Source: an uncultured Verrucomicrobiae bacterium
Lineage (GTDB): Bacteria > Verrucomicrobiota > Verrucomicrobiia > Limisphaerales > Palsa-1400
DNA length: 64,000 bases
NCBI GenBank assembly: GCA_963764165.1
Contig: CAVXRD010000001.1
Coordinates: 768,001-832,000, forward strand
Reading direction: 5' to 3'
Positions 9,819 through 18,277 of this stretch are shown here, piece after piece; the first letter of the stretch is position 1; each line of letters starts with the position of its first letter. A model generated the notes under the pieces. That model ran no database searches. It worked only from the letters and a program-made list of their open reading frames with translations, and was not told the origin of the DNA. Both the position numbers and the translations under genes were made by a program.

Positions 9819-11402
9819 ATGGAAGGAGAAGATTCGACGTTAATTATCGGCGCGGGTCCCACAGGATTGGCTCTGGCAATTGAGCTGCAACGCGCCGGCC
9901 TGCCGTTTCGCATTATTGACAAATCAGCCGCGCCCGCCAGGCACTCGCAAGCCTTGGGCGTGCAATCGCGCACGCTGGAGCAGCTCGAACGCTACGGATT
10001 GGCCGAGGAGTTTGTGTCCCGCGGCCGCAAAGCGCATTCCTTCACCGCCACCAGCGATGGCAAGCCGCTGGTTTCGCTCGATTTCCGGGACATCCCGGGC
10101 CGCTATCCTTTTGGGCTCATGATTCCGCAATCAGCGACCGAGGAAATTTTGACCCGCAGCCTCGTGGAGCACGGAGGAGCCATCGAACGGGAGGTGGAAC
10201 TGCTCGGGTGCGAAAATGGTGTTGACGGAGTCCATAGCATTCTCGCCCACAAAACAGGGCGGATCGAGCAGGTCTTCACTCGCTGGCTCGTGGGTTGTGA
10301 CGGGGCGCGCAGCAAAGTGCGCCACGCCACTGGCATCAACTTTTCCGGGGAAATCGCGCCTCTCAGTTTCTTCCTCGCCGATTTGGAATTGAGCGGTCCG
10401 AATGTTCCGACCGAGGCCCTGCGAGTTTATTTGCACGACGGCGGCGCGCTTTTTGTCGCCCATTGGAGCGAAAAGATTTGGCGCCTCGTCATCATTTTCC
10501 ACGAACAAGCGCGGGCGCAAGACACTCCTGATCTGGCCGATTTTCAACGGGCTCTTGATGAATTTGCCGGCGGCGGAATGACCGCCTCGAATCCGATTTG
10601 GATGACACCGTTCCACGTGAACGAGCGCATCGCGGACCATTATCGGACCGGCAACATATTTCTCGCGGGCGACGCCGCGCACATTCACTCACCGGTCGCA
10701 GGGCAAGGGATGAACACCGGAATCCAGGACGCGGCGAATTTGGGTTGGAAACTCGCCGCCGTCCATCGCGGCGGTGATCCCAATATATTTTACAGCTACG
10801 AGGAAGAGCGCGCCACCGTCGGCCATGCGGTCCTGCGAGCCACATCGCGCGGGCTGAATGCGCTCACCACCACCAATCACCTTCTGCAAAAAGTTCGCGA
10901 TTTGTTCATGCCGATTGCCACGCGCTGGCCCCTCGTCCAGCGCACCGCCCTTGGGTTCATTTCCGAAACGGCCATTGATTATCGCGATTCGTCGATAGTG
11001 CATGATGAAGTTGGCGCTGGCCGGCTGCGGGCTGGCGATCGCGCGCCCAATCCGGACATTTATTCGCGCCGCTTCAAACCGCAGCGCCTGCTGGATGGTC
11101 TTTCCAGCGACCAGCATCTTGCCCTCGGCATCAATATTCAGGACGAATCCGCTTTCGATCACACCCTTCCCGGCATTCCCCATTTGCTGCTGATGACGGG
11201 AGCCAGCGCGACGCATTCCGTTCGCGCCGCCTGGAGCGACTTGGATCTCGCCGAGGAATTCGGCAGCGAACCGCAAATCATTCTCGTGCGCCCGGACGGT
11301 TACATCGGCCTGCGCTGCCGCGAAAAAGATCACGACTCGATCGAAGATTATTGCGATCTGGCGGGACTTCCTCTTTCGCACGTGGCGTCCGCCGCGTGGT
11401 GA
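9819..11402 (+). CDS. FAD-dependent monooxygenase (aromatic-ring hydroxylase family)
   Basis: IIGAGPTG, VGCDGARS, LAGDAAHIHSPVAGQGMNTGIQDA and LVRPDGYI motifs. Confidence 0.92.
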   Translation: MEGEDSTLIIGAGPTGLALAIELQRAGLPFRIIDKSAAPARHSQALGVQSRTLEQLERYGLAEEFVSRGRKAHSFTATSDGKPLVSLDFRDIPGRYPFGLMIPQSATEEILTRSLVEHGGAIEREVELLGCENGVDGVHSILAHKTGRIEQVFTRWLVGCDGARSKVRHATGINFSGEIAPLSFFLADLELSGPNVPTEALRVYLHDGGALFVAHWSEKIWRLVIIFHEQARAQDTPDLADFQRALDEFAGGGMTASNPIWMTPFHVNERIADHYRTGNIFLAGDAAHIHSPVAGQGMNTGIQDAANLGWKLAAVHRGGDPNIFYSYEEERATVGHAVLRATSRGLNALTTTNHLLQKVRDLFMPIATRWPLVQRTALGFISETAIDYRDSSIVHDEVGAGRLRAGDRAPNPDIYSRRFKPQRLLDGLSSDQHLALGINIQDESAFDHTLPGIPHLLLMTGASATHSVRAAWSDLDLAEEFGSEPQIILVRPDGYIGLRCREKDHDSIEDYCDLAGLPLSHVASAAW

Positions 11403-11412
11403 CGCGTTTCCG

Positions 11413-11518
11413 AAGGTAGGGACGCCTCGCCGAGGCGTTCGGTTGCGCGTGAAAAATGCCACCGCTTGCGAGTAAATAATGCCTCACCCCGGACGCCTCG
11501 GCGAGGCGTCCCTACCTT
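11413..11518. repeat. REP doublet family R1, copy 2 (inverted relative to copy 1)
   Basis: aaggtagggacgcctcgccgaggcgt...ggacgcctcggcgaggcgtccctacctt. Confidence 0.9.
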
Positions 11519-11608
11519 AGTTAGAATTCTTCTCTTGCCAGAAGGCGGGGCTTGTGAAAAGTTTCACGAACGGGAGGAAAAGCCCTCGACTTCCTTCCCC
11601 ATGCTTTT

Positions 11609-12697
11609 ATGACACACGTGAAATTGCACATACCGGGACCGGTCGAAGTCAGCGAAAAAACATTCCGCGCGTTTTCGTCGCCGATGATCGGCCATCGCGG
11701 CCAGGGGTTCAAAGACCTTTACGCCAAAATGCAGCCGCAGTTGCAACAATTGCTGTACACCAAGCAGCTCGTTTATCTGAGCACCTCCTCCGCGTGGGGC
11801 GTGATGGAAGGCGCCATCCGCAATCTCGTCAAGAAACGCGTGCTCAACTGCATGTGCGGCGCCTTCTCGGACAAGTGGCTCGATGTATCCAAACGCTGCG
11901 GCAAGGAAGCCGAAGGCCTGCAAGTGCCGTGGGGCTCTCCCATTCTCGCCTCCCAAGTTGAAGCGAAACTTTCGACCGGGCAATTCGACGCCCTGACGCT
12001 GATTCACAACGAAACCTCCACCGGCACCATGAGCCCGCTCTACGAAATCGCCGCGCTCAAGAAGAAGTTTCCAGACGTGATGTTTATCATTGATGCCGTC
12101 AGCTCGATGACCGCGATTAAAATGGAGTTCGACGCCCTCGGCATCGACGTCCTGTTGGCGGGAACGCAAAAGGCTTTCGCCATGCCGCCGGGATTGTCGG
12201 TGTTCGTCTGCTCGCCCGCCGCGCTGGCCAAGGCAGCGACGGTGTCCGATCGCGGATATTATTTTGACTTCGTCGAATTCCAGAAAAACGCCGAGCAAGA
12301 CATGACGCCAAGCACGCCCAGCATCGGCCATGTCTACGCGCTAGCCTCGAAGCTTGAGGACATTTTCGCCGAAGGCTTGGACGCTCGTTTTGCCCGCCAC
12401 GCGAAGCTCGCCCGCATGACGCAAGCGTGGGCCCTGCGGAACGGTTTCAATTTCTTCCCCGAGCCCGGCTACGAATCCGTCACCCTGACCTGCGTCAACA
12501 ACGGCGCAAAACCCGGCGGTCGCGCCGTCGACGTCGCGAAGCTGCAGAAGCTGGTCAAAGAAAAGGGATTCCTGATCGACGGCGGCTACGGAAAAATCAA
12601 AGGCACGACCTTCCGCATTTCGAACATGGGTGACGAGACCGAGCAAACCATGAACGAACTCTACACCGCCCTCGACGACGCCTTGAAGAAATTGTAA
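11609..12697 (+). CDS. Class V PLP aminotransferase (alanine-glyoxylate/serine-pyruvate family)
   Basis: LHIPGPV, IGHRG, HNETSTG, IDAVSS, GTQKAFAMPPG (PLP lysine), FRISNMG. Confidence 0.92.
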   Translation: MTHVKLHIPGPVEVSEKTFRAFSSPMIGHRGQGFKDLYAKMQPQLQQLLYTKQLVYLSTSSAWGVMEGAIRNLVKKRVLNCMCGAFSDKWLDVSKRCGKEAEGLQVPWGSPILASQVEAKLSTGQFDALTLIHNETSTGTMSPLYEIAALKKKFPDVMFIIDAVSSMTAIKMEFDALGIDVLLAGTQKAFAMPPGLSVFVCSPAALAKAATVSDRGYYFDFVEFQKNAEQDMTPSTPSIGHVYALASKLEDIFAEGLDARFARHAKLARMTQAWALRNGFNFFPEPGYESVTLTCVNNGAKPGGRAVDVAKLQKLVKEKGFLIDGGYGKIKGTTFRISNMGDETEQTMNELYTALDDALKKL

Positions 12698-12727
12698 GGA
12701 AGCGGCATTGGCGCATGTCTGGCTGAT

Positions 12728-12876
12728 TCCCTCGCCCCGCCTGTGGGGAGAGGTCCAAGGGAGAGGGGAACTTAGCAAATGATTAAGGCCCGTACGATTG
12801 CCATGCAAATGACTTCAAGAAAGCCTTTATTGGACGCCCGTCTTTTCTTTTCTCTCCCCGCCGGGCGGGGTGAGAG
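12728..12876. repeat. CCCTCTCCC/GGGAGAGGG-type palindromic repeat pair (degenerate)
   Basis: ccctcgccccgcctgtggggagaggtccaagggagagggg and ctctccccgccgggcggggtgagag hairpins. Confidence 0.6.
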
Positions 12877-12967
12877 CGATCACTTGTCGGCCTGCCGTGC
12901 GTCTGCCAACCTCGTCAAAAAACTGCCAAATCACCGGAGACCGCACAATTTTACATTTCAAAAACCA

Positions 12968-13007
12968 GTGAGATTGACGGCGATTTGGTGAGATTTGGTG
13001 CGATTTG
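12968..13007. repeat. Four tandem 10-bp repeats, consensus GTGmGATTTG
   Basis: gtgagattga cggcgatttg gtgagatttg gtgcgatttg. Confidence 0.8.
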
Positions 13008-13114
13008 CCGATACTGAAGGGAACCTGGAGCCTCTGTCCTTTTTGCCCAGATGCGATCAGGAGTCACCTAATCAAACAGAGCACAGCATTCAATGTGCAT
13101 ATAATGCATATAAA

Positions 13115-13674
13115 ATCTCCAAAAACCCGCTACACCCGCTACATCGTTGATTATCAACCAGATAAACCCTACAAAAAAGGTTCCTCGCCATTTTCGGTGG
13201 AATGAGACAACTCGTTAGCCGTCGTTGCGGGACAACCCATTTGGAATCCAGGCTTGGCACTGGCTTGGCCAAAGCTCGTTATAGTGTATGATCTCGAAAA
13301 AGGGGCAACACCCGCTACACGGTTGACCATCAACGAGATAAGGGGCAACAAAAATAGCAACAAACCCGCAACAGACCCGCAACATTTCTTCCCGCGCTGT
13401 CGGGTTGCATGAAACGCGGCGTCTTTCCGTCGTTCCCTGAAAATTTTCATCAAGATGCCTGCACCATCATTTGTTCCATTGAAAACAGCGAGGAACCTAC
13501 AAAAACGGCTACAGAGCCGCTACATTCGTTCCCACTGGAGCCAATTGAATGAAACAGGGTGCTTTCTTTGGCATCCCAAGGCTGTCAGCGCGGAAGCGTT
13601 GGCCATAATTCATTTCACTGAAAACAGCGGGGCACTGGCGAAGGTGTGTAACAACGTTGTTAATCAACCACTTA
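13115..13674. repeat. Degenerate array of 3-4 units with a GTTGAnnATCAAC palindromic core flanked by GCWACA repeats
   Basis: Cores at 13146-13158, 13322-13334 and 13656-13668, with a variant near 13473-13486; 13115-13180 aligns with 13291-13357. Confidence 0.7.
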
Positions 13675-13874
13675 GCCGTAAAAACTCAGTCGAAAACGGG
13701 AGCGCGACTGTCTCGGTCGCCTCCGGTCGGCGTCTCGCCGACTGGCCACCGCAGACCAAATCAGTTCACTATTTGGTGAAGCCGGGGTGAATGCAGGATG
13801 CCTTCGGCGGGACGCCGAAGGCGGCGGTCGAGACGACCGCGCTCCCCATTTTCACCTGCATGGATACGGCTTAG
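13671..13874. mobile_element. ~200-bp MITE-like element R3 (terminal inverted repeats around a REP doublet), copy A
   Basis: cttagccgta...tacggcttag ends; internal gggagcgcg...cgcgctccc doublet; homologous to 27214-27416 and 42815-43016. Confidence 0.75.
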
Positions 13875-13920
13875 ACTAGTCCGTCACAAACGATTCCTCG
13901 CCAAACCAAAACAAATAGTT

Positions 13921-14152
13921 AGGGCGCTTGCCTCGCCGCGAAAGCCAAGGGTGCAATAGCGTGCAACGCCCCGACCACGATTTTTAGCCGCCCTTCCTCA
14001 CAGTCCGTTAAAAGGCAACCGCTCCCCCTGGCGGGGAATCCGCAAAATTTCAAAGAACATGCCCTGATGGCGACAGGGAGGAACATAAGGCCGAAGCCTC
14101 TTTTGTCAATTAAGACTGCAATTGCACGCTTCTGTGGTATTATGAGGCATGA
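13921..14152 (-). ncRNA. Conserved non-coding module, copy A (promoter, boxA-like motif, hairpins); candidate structured RNA
   Basis: Reverse complement aligns along its length with 60881-61134. TTGACA-N16-TATGTT, TGTTCTTTGAAA, stem 14011-14020 with 13986-13995. Confidence 0.5.
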
Positions 14153-14332
14153 CAAACGAAACATAATTGCAGCACTAATTCTACCCGATTTCCTGCTTCC
14201 CGCATGGCCCCGCGATTGGACGGTGTCTCCGGCGGAAGCTAAGACGGAACGGGGCGGAATTGACAGGGGAGTTTTTCGGTGAGGAACTCTGCGTTCTCTG
14301 CGCGTCTGCGCGAGATTGCGATTCGTGCCACG

Positions 14333-14445
14333 ATGAAACCAAAGGAGATCACTGTCCAGATCGTCGATACCGCTTGTCGCGTTTTGGCTGGCGCGAATCA
14401 AGGACGGTATCACACACTGCGTCGACGGCCTGCCGGAGGAAAAGA
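14333..14445 (+). pseudogene. Internally deleted GxxExxY protein gene
   Basis: MKPKEITVQIVDTACRV (GxxExxY-like N-terminus) directly followed, in another frame, by ARIKDGITHCVDGLPEE (C-terminus-like); flanked by ctctgcg/cgcagag repeats. Confidence 0.65.
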
Positions 14446-14670
14446 ATTATCGCGCAGAGAAGATGAGTGCGCAGAGGCAAACAAAGACAAACCGCTCTCC
14501 ACTGAAAACGGTGAGGATCGGTCACAGTGCGGCATCTGATTGACGCCACCGGGCCATGCGCGTTTCAGGAGTTTGGTGAAGTTTTCGCGTGCTTTTTTTA
14601 GCTCTGTAAGCAGAATTATTACACTTTAGTTGAAAGCCATCACGAAATTTAACGACGAAAGAATTGCGAA

Positions 14671-16431
14671 ATGACTTCGACCACTCCCCTGCCCGCCGCC
14701 CTTCGCCGCTATAATATTTTCCTCCTGCTGGTCGCCGGGCTCGGCGGCCTGCTTTATGGCGTGGATGTCGGGATCATCGCGGGGGCGCTGCCGTATCTGG
14801 AGGCGACTTCGAAATTCACCTCCGGCCAGCTTTCGCTGATCGTCGCGGCGGTGCTTCTCGGCAGCGTCATTTCCACTCTCTTTGCCGGGCTGTTGTCCGA
14901 TTGGCTGGGGCGGAAGACGATGATGATTATCAGCGGGGCTCTGTTCGTCATCAGCATTCCGGCGATTGCCCTGTCGCACGGCTACGGGCCTCTGATCATG
15001 GGACGGTTGCTGCAAGGCATCAGCGGCGGGTTCATCGGTGTTGTCGTGCCGCTCTATCTGGCGGAATGCCTCAATGCTTCCAATCGCGGCAAGGGCACCG
15101 GCATTTTCCAGTGGCTGCTGACGTTTGGAATTTTGGCGGCGGCAATCATCGGGCTGTATTTCAGCGCGAAGGTCGATGCGGTCAAACTTCTGGGCGACAA
15201 GGACAAGGTTTTCGCGGTCCAGGAATATGCGTGGCGCGGCATTTTCTGGGTGTCGCTGCCGCCGGGAATTCTCTTTGTGATCGGCGGTTTCATGCTGACC
15301 GAATCGCCGCGCTGGCTTTACCGCAAGGGACGGATCGCCGCAGCCCGCGCCGCCCTTCTGCGTTCCCGCACCGAGAATCAAATGGAGGTCGAAATCAAAG
15401 AGATGGAGCTGACCATTGCTTCAGAAAACACCAAGACCGCCGGTTCAGCCGCCAAAGAATCGCTGTTCCATAAGAAGTACGTCATCCCGTTCGTTCTTGC
15501 CTGCATCATTCTTGCCTGCAATCAAGCCACCGGCGTCAATTCGATTTTGGCGTATACGCCGACGGTTCTTCTTCAGGCCGGCCTTTCGGATTTGAGCGCG
15601 CACCAGGCGGATCTTTATCTAAAGACCATCAACTTCCTCGCCACCATCGGGGCCGTCCTGCTGGTCGAGCGCAAGGGGCGCAAGTTCCTGCTGAGCATGG
15701 GGACATTGGGAATCATTTTTTCGCTCTTTTACGCGGGCATCGTATTCCGTGCGGTTGACAACAAACGCGTCGAATGCCGGGATGCGCTGCAAGCGATGGT
15801 GGACAAGCAATCGCTGAAGTTTACCTACGACGATAAACTCGCGGCGGCCCTCGCGCCCAAAGGCGCCGAGGCTTCCAAACCCACCACGCTGGTGGTCATT
15901 TATTCCTACGGCGATTTCCACAGCGCGACTCCGGCTATTCGCTCCGATGCGGGCACGACCAAAGAAATCACCACGAACGACCTTCCGAAAACCAAAGTCG
16001 AGGCGTGGTTCTCCAACCCCGCCGCGGACCTGGATGCCATGCGCGCCGCGCCGCTCCACATCGACAATGCCATCATCACGCCGATACCAGGCTCCAACAC
16101 GGGCTGGACGGTTGCCGTTTGCCTTTACGTTTTCATGGCGTTTTACGCCGTTGGCCCCGGGGTTTGCGTTTGGCTTGCGCTGTCGGAATTGATGCCGACC
16201 CGCATCCGCTCCAACGGCATGAGCATCGCGCTCCTTTTCAATCAGGCCGTTTCCACAACCATCGCCGCCGTCTATCTGCCAACGGTCGGAAAGCATGGCA
16301 ACGCCAGCATGATGTTCCTTTTTGCCGGATGCACGGTGATTTATTTCATCACCGCCGCATTTTTTCTGCCGGAGACGAAGGGCAAAACGCTTGAGGAAAT
16401 CGAGGCGCATTTCGAGCGCAAGAAAACGTGA
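14671..16431 (+). CDS. Sugar porter family MFS transporter with a large loop insertion
   Basis: GGLLYGVDVG, DWLGRK, GRLLQG, ESPRWL, QATGVN, SELMP and PETKGKTLEEIE motifs. Confidence 0.92.
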   Translation: MTSTTPLPAALRRYNIFLLLVAGLGGLLYGVDVGIIAGALPYLEATSKFTSGQLSLIVAAVLLGSVISTLFAGLLSDWLGRKTMMIISGALFVISIPAIALSHGYGPLIMGRLLQGISGGFIGVVVPLYLAECLNASNRGKGTGIFQWLLTFGILAAAIIGLYFSAKVDAVKLLGDKDKVFAVQEYAWRGIFWVSLPPGILFVIGGFMLTESPRWLYRKGRIAAARAALLRSRTENQMEVEIKEMELTIASENTKTAGSAAKESLFHKKYVIPFVLACIILACNQATGVNSILAYTPTVLLQAGLSDLSAHQADLYLKTINFLATIGAVLLVERKGRKFLLSMGTLGIIFSLFYAGIVFRAVDNKRVECRDALQAMVDKQSLKFTYDDKLAAALAPKGAEASKPTTLVVIYSYGDFHSATPAIRSDAGTTKEITTNDLPKTKVEAWFSNPAADLDAMRAAPLHIDNAIITPIPGSNTGWTVAVCLYVFMAFYAVGPGVCVWLALSELMPTRIRSNGMSIALLFNQAVSTTIAAVYLPTVGKHGNASMMFLFAGCTVIYFITAAFFLPETKGKTLEEIEAHFERKKT

Positions 16432-17477
16432 CCGGCAATTCCACGGTTTCGCTCCGCGAAAAAATCGGGCAGATGCTGCTTGTCGGCTTTCGCGGATTGC
16501 AGGTCTCCAGCGGCGACCCCATTGCGCGCGATCTGGAAGAAGGCCGCGTCGGGTCGGTTATTCTATTTGACCAGGAAATGGCCGATCCGTCGATTCGCGT
16601 CCGCAATATTCAATCGCCAGAACAGGTGCGCGCGCTGACGGATTCGCTGCAAGAACGAGCGCGCGCGCCATTGCTGATAGCGATCGACCAGGAAGGCGGA
16701 CGGGTGAATCGCTTGAAGCCCGAGTATGGATTTCCGGCCACGCCTTCGCATGAGGAATTGGGACAGGCAGACGATGCCGCGCATACATTCGCCGAAGCGG
16801 CAAAGATTGCGGACACGCTCGCCACTGCGGGAATTAATTTCAACATCGCTCCGGTGGTCGATCTCGATGCGACGCCTGACAATCCCATCATCAAGGCAAA
16901 GAAACGCAGCTTCAGCGCGAACGCTGAGAAGGTCGCCCTCCACGCCGCGGAATTTGTGCGGGCGCACCGCCAGCATCGAGTCCTCACCTGCCTGAAACAT
17001 TTTCCCGGCCACGGCAGCGCTCGCGGCGATACGCATTTGGGTCTGGTGGACGTGACGCCGCATTGGACCGAAGATGAATTGATCCCCTACCGCTGGCTGG
17101 TCGACGCAAAATGCTGCGACACCATCATGACCGCGCATGTGTTCAATTCGCGCCTCGACGCTTCACGCCCGGCCACGCTATCGCCCGCCGTCGTCACCGG
17201 CATGCTGCGCCACAACATTGGTTTTAACGGTGTCGTGCTCAGTGACGACATGGAGATGCGCGCCATCTCGCGCCAATTCGGTTTGGAGCAGGCCATTCAA
17301 TACGGGATTGAAGCAGGATTGGATTTGCTGTGCTTCGGCAACAACATGAATTTCGACCCCCACATCGGCGAGAAGGCCGCCAACATCATTTATCAACTCG
17401 TCGACTCCGGGGCGGTCACCGAAGCGCGCATCGACGAATCGTTCCATCGAATCCGAGCACTGAAGCAAATTCTATGA
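16428..17477 (+). CDS. nagZ: GH3 beta-N-acetylhexosaminidase (NagZ-like)
   Basis: DQEGGRVNRL, KHFPGHGSARGDTH (NagZ KHFPGHG-x4-D-x-H motif), SDDMEM; GTGA overlap with the upstream MFS gene. Confidence 0.88.
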   Translation: MTGNSTVSLREKIGQMLLVGFRGLQVSSGDPIARDLEEGRVGSVILFDQEMADPSIRVRNIQSPEQVRALTDSLQERARAPLLIAIDQEGGRVNRLKPEYGFPATPSHEELGQADDAAHTFAEAAKIADTLATAGINFNIAPVVDLDATPDNPIIKAKKRSFSANAEKVALHAAEFVRAHRQHRVLTCLKHFPGHGSARGDTHLGLVDVTPHWTEDELIPYRWLVDAKCCDTIMTAHVFNSRLDASRPATLSPAVVTGMLRHNIGFNGVVLSDDMEMRAISRQFGLEQAIQYGIEAGLDLLCFGNNMNFDPHIGEKAANIIYQLVDSGAVTEARIDESFHRIRALKQIL

Positions 17478-17636
17478 AACTCGAAGAAATTTAACAGAAG
17501 GACATGAAGGGGGACGAAAACCACAGACGCTTTGTTCCCCCTTTGCGGGCCACACCAAGCCTTCTATGAACCGCGACGAGCCAGAATAGACTTCTTTCGT
17601 CATTGCAGACCTCACCCAATGAGTTACTATTTCGCG

Positions 17637-17792
17637 ATGAGTGCGGTGGCGGAAATTGAATCAGCGATTGAAAAACTCTCGCCTTCCGAAGTGAGGGAAC
17701 TGGCGGCGTGGCTGGATGAGTATCAGCAAATGATCAATGCTTCCTCTGAAATTTTTTCGCTTTATGATCAGGAGGAAGGGGCGAATTCGTAA
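17637..17792 (+). CDS. Small acidic putative antitoxin (51 aa)
   Basis: MSAVAEIESAIEKLSPSEVRELAAWL..., acidic C-terminus, TAATG coupling to the toxin gene. Confidence 0.75.
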   Translation: MSAVAEIESAIEKLSPSEVRELAAWLDEYQQMINASSEIFSLYDQEEGANS

Positions 17793-18109
17793 TGCCGGTG
17801 GCCAGACGTGGCGAAATCTGGTTGGTGGATTTGGGGATGGCACAAAAAACACGACCGGCGGTCATTTTGAGTATTGCGTTTCTTGACCACGAACGAGCTG
17901 TCGCAACGTACGTTCCTCGCACCACTGTTCTTCGCGGAACGCGGTTTGAAGTTGCTCATCAGGCACGCGGATTTGAGCCGGGCGCATTCGACGCCCAAGG
18001 GATTGGCGGCGTGCCACTCGTCAAGCTGGTTCGCAACTTGGGGTTTCTCGATTCGGAAAACCTTGAAAGAGTGGAACTCGCTGTCAAGAACTGGCTCGGA
18101 CTGCGTTGA
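17792..18109 (+). CDS. mazF: PemK/MazF family endoribonuclease toxin
   Basis: RRGEIWLVDLG...KTRPAVILS...VPRTT, 105 aa. Confidence 0.88.
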   Translation: MPVARRGEIWLVDLGMAQKTRPAVILSIAFLDHERAVATYVPRTTVLRGTRFEVAHQARGFEPGAFDAQGIGGVPLVKLVRNLGFLDSENLERVELAVKNWLGLR

Positions 18110-18277
18110 TGCCTGATCGAAGCGCACCTCCAATACATCTGCATTCCGCAAGCAATTCCTAACCGCCGCATCCAATTCTTTGAGCGTCCGTGCATCTTCC
18201 TCAACGCAGCCCTGGTTTTGCATTGTCATTGGTGGCGTCATCAGGCACTGTCGCCACCAACCAGCGAAAGGACAGCT

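Noticed and set aside
13094..13121. dif-like site (tgtgcatataa-tgcata-...)
   Set aside because: The XerC-like arm matches 8/11 but the normally conserved XerD arm only 3/11; better explained by a tgcatataa tandem duplication.
13115..13674. CRISPR array
   Set aside because: Units are long and highly degenerate, spacing is 150-180 bp and irregular, and no cas genes are present.
13921..13970. c-di-GMP riboswitch suggested by a gc-GAAA-gc loop
   Set aside because: The rest of the consensus is absent and G-U pairing favours the opposite strand.
13919..14413. 164-aa minus-strand ORF over the non-coding module
   Set aside because: No recognisable motifs, and the second copy has indels that do not preserve it.
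18190..18240. Third copy of the fibre-gene promoter upstream of the PQQ-like gene
   Set aside because: Only GCATTG..ATTG is shared; too short to support.
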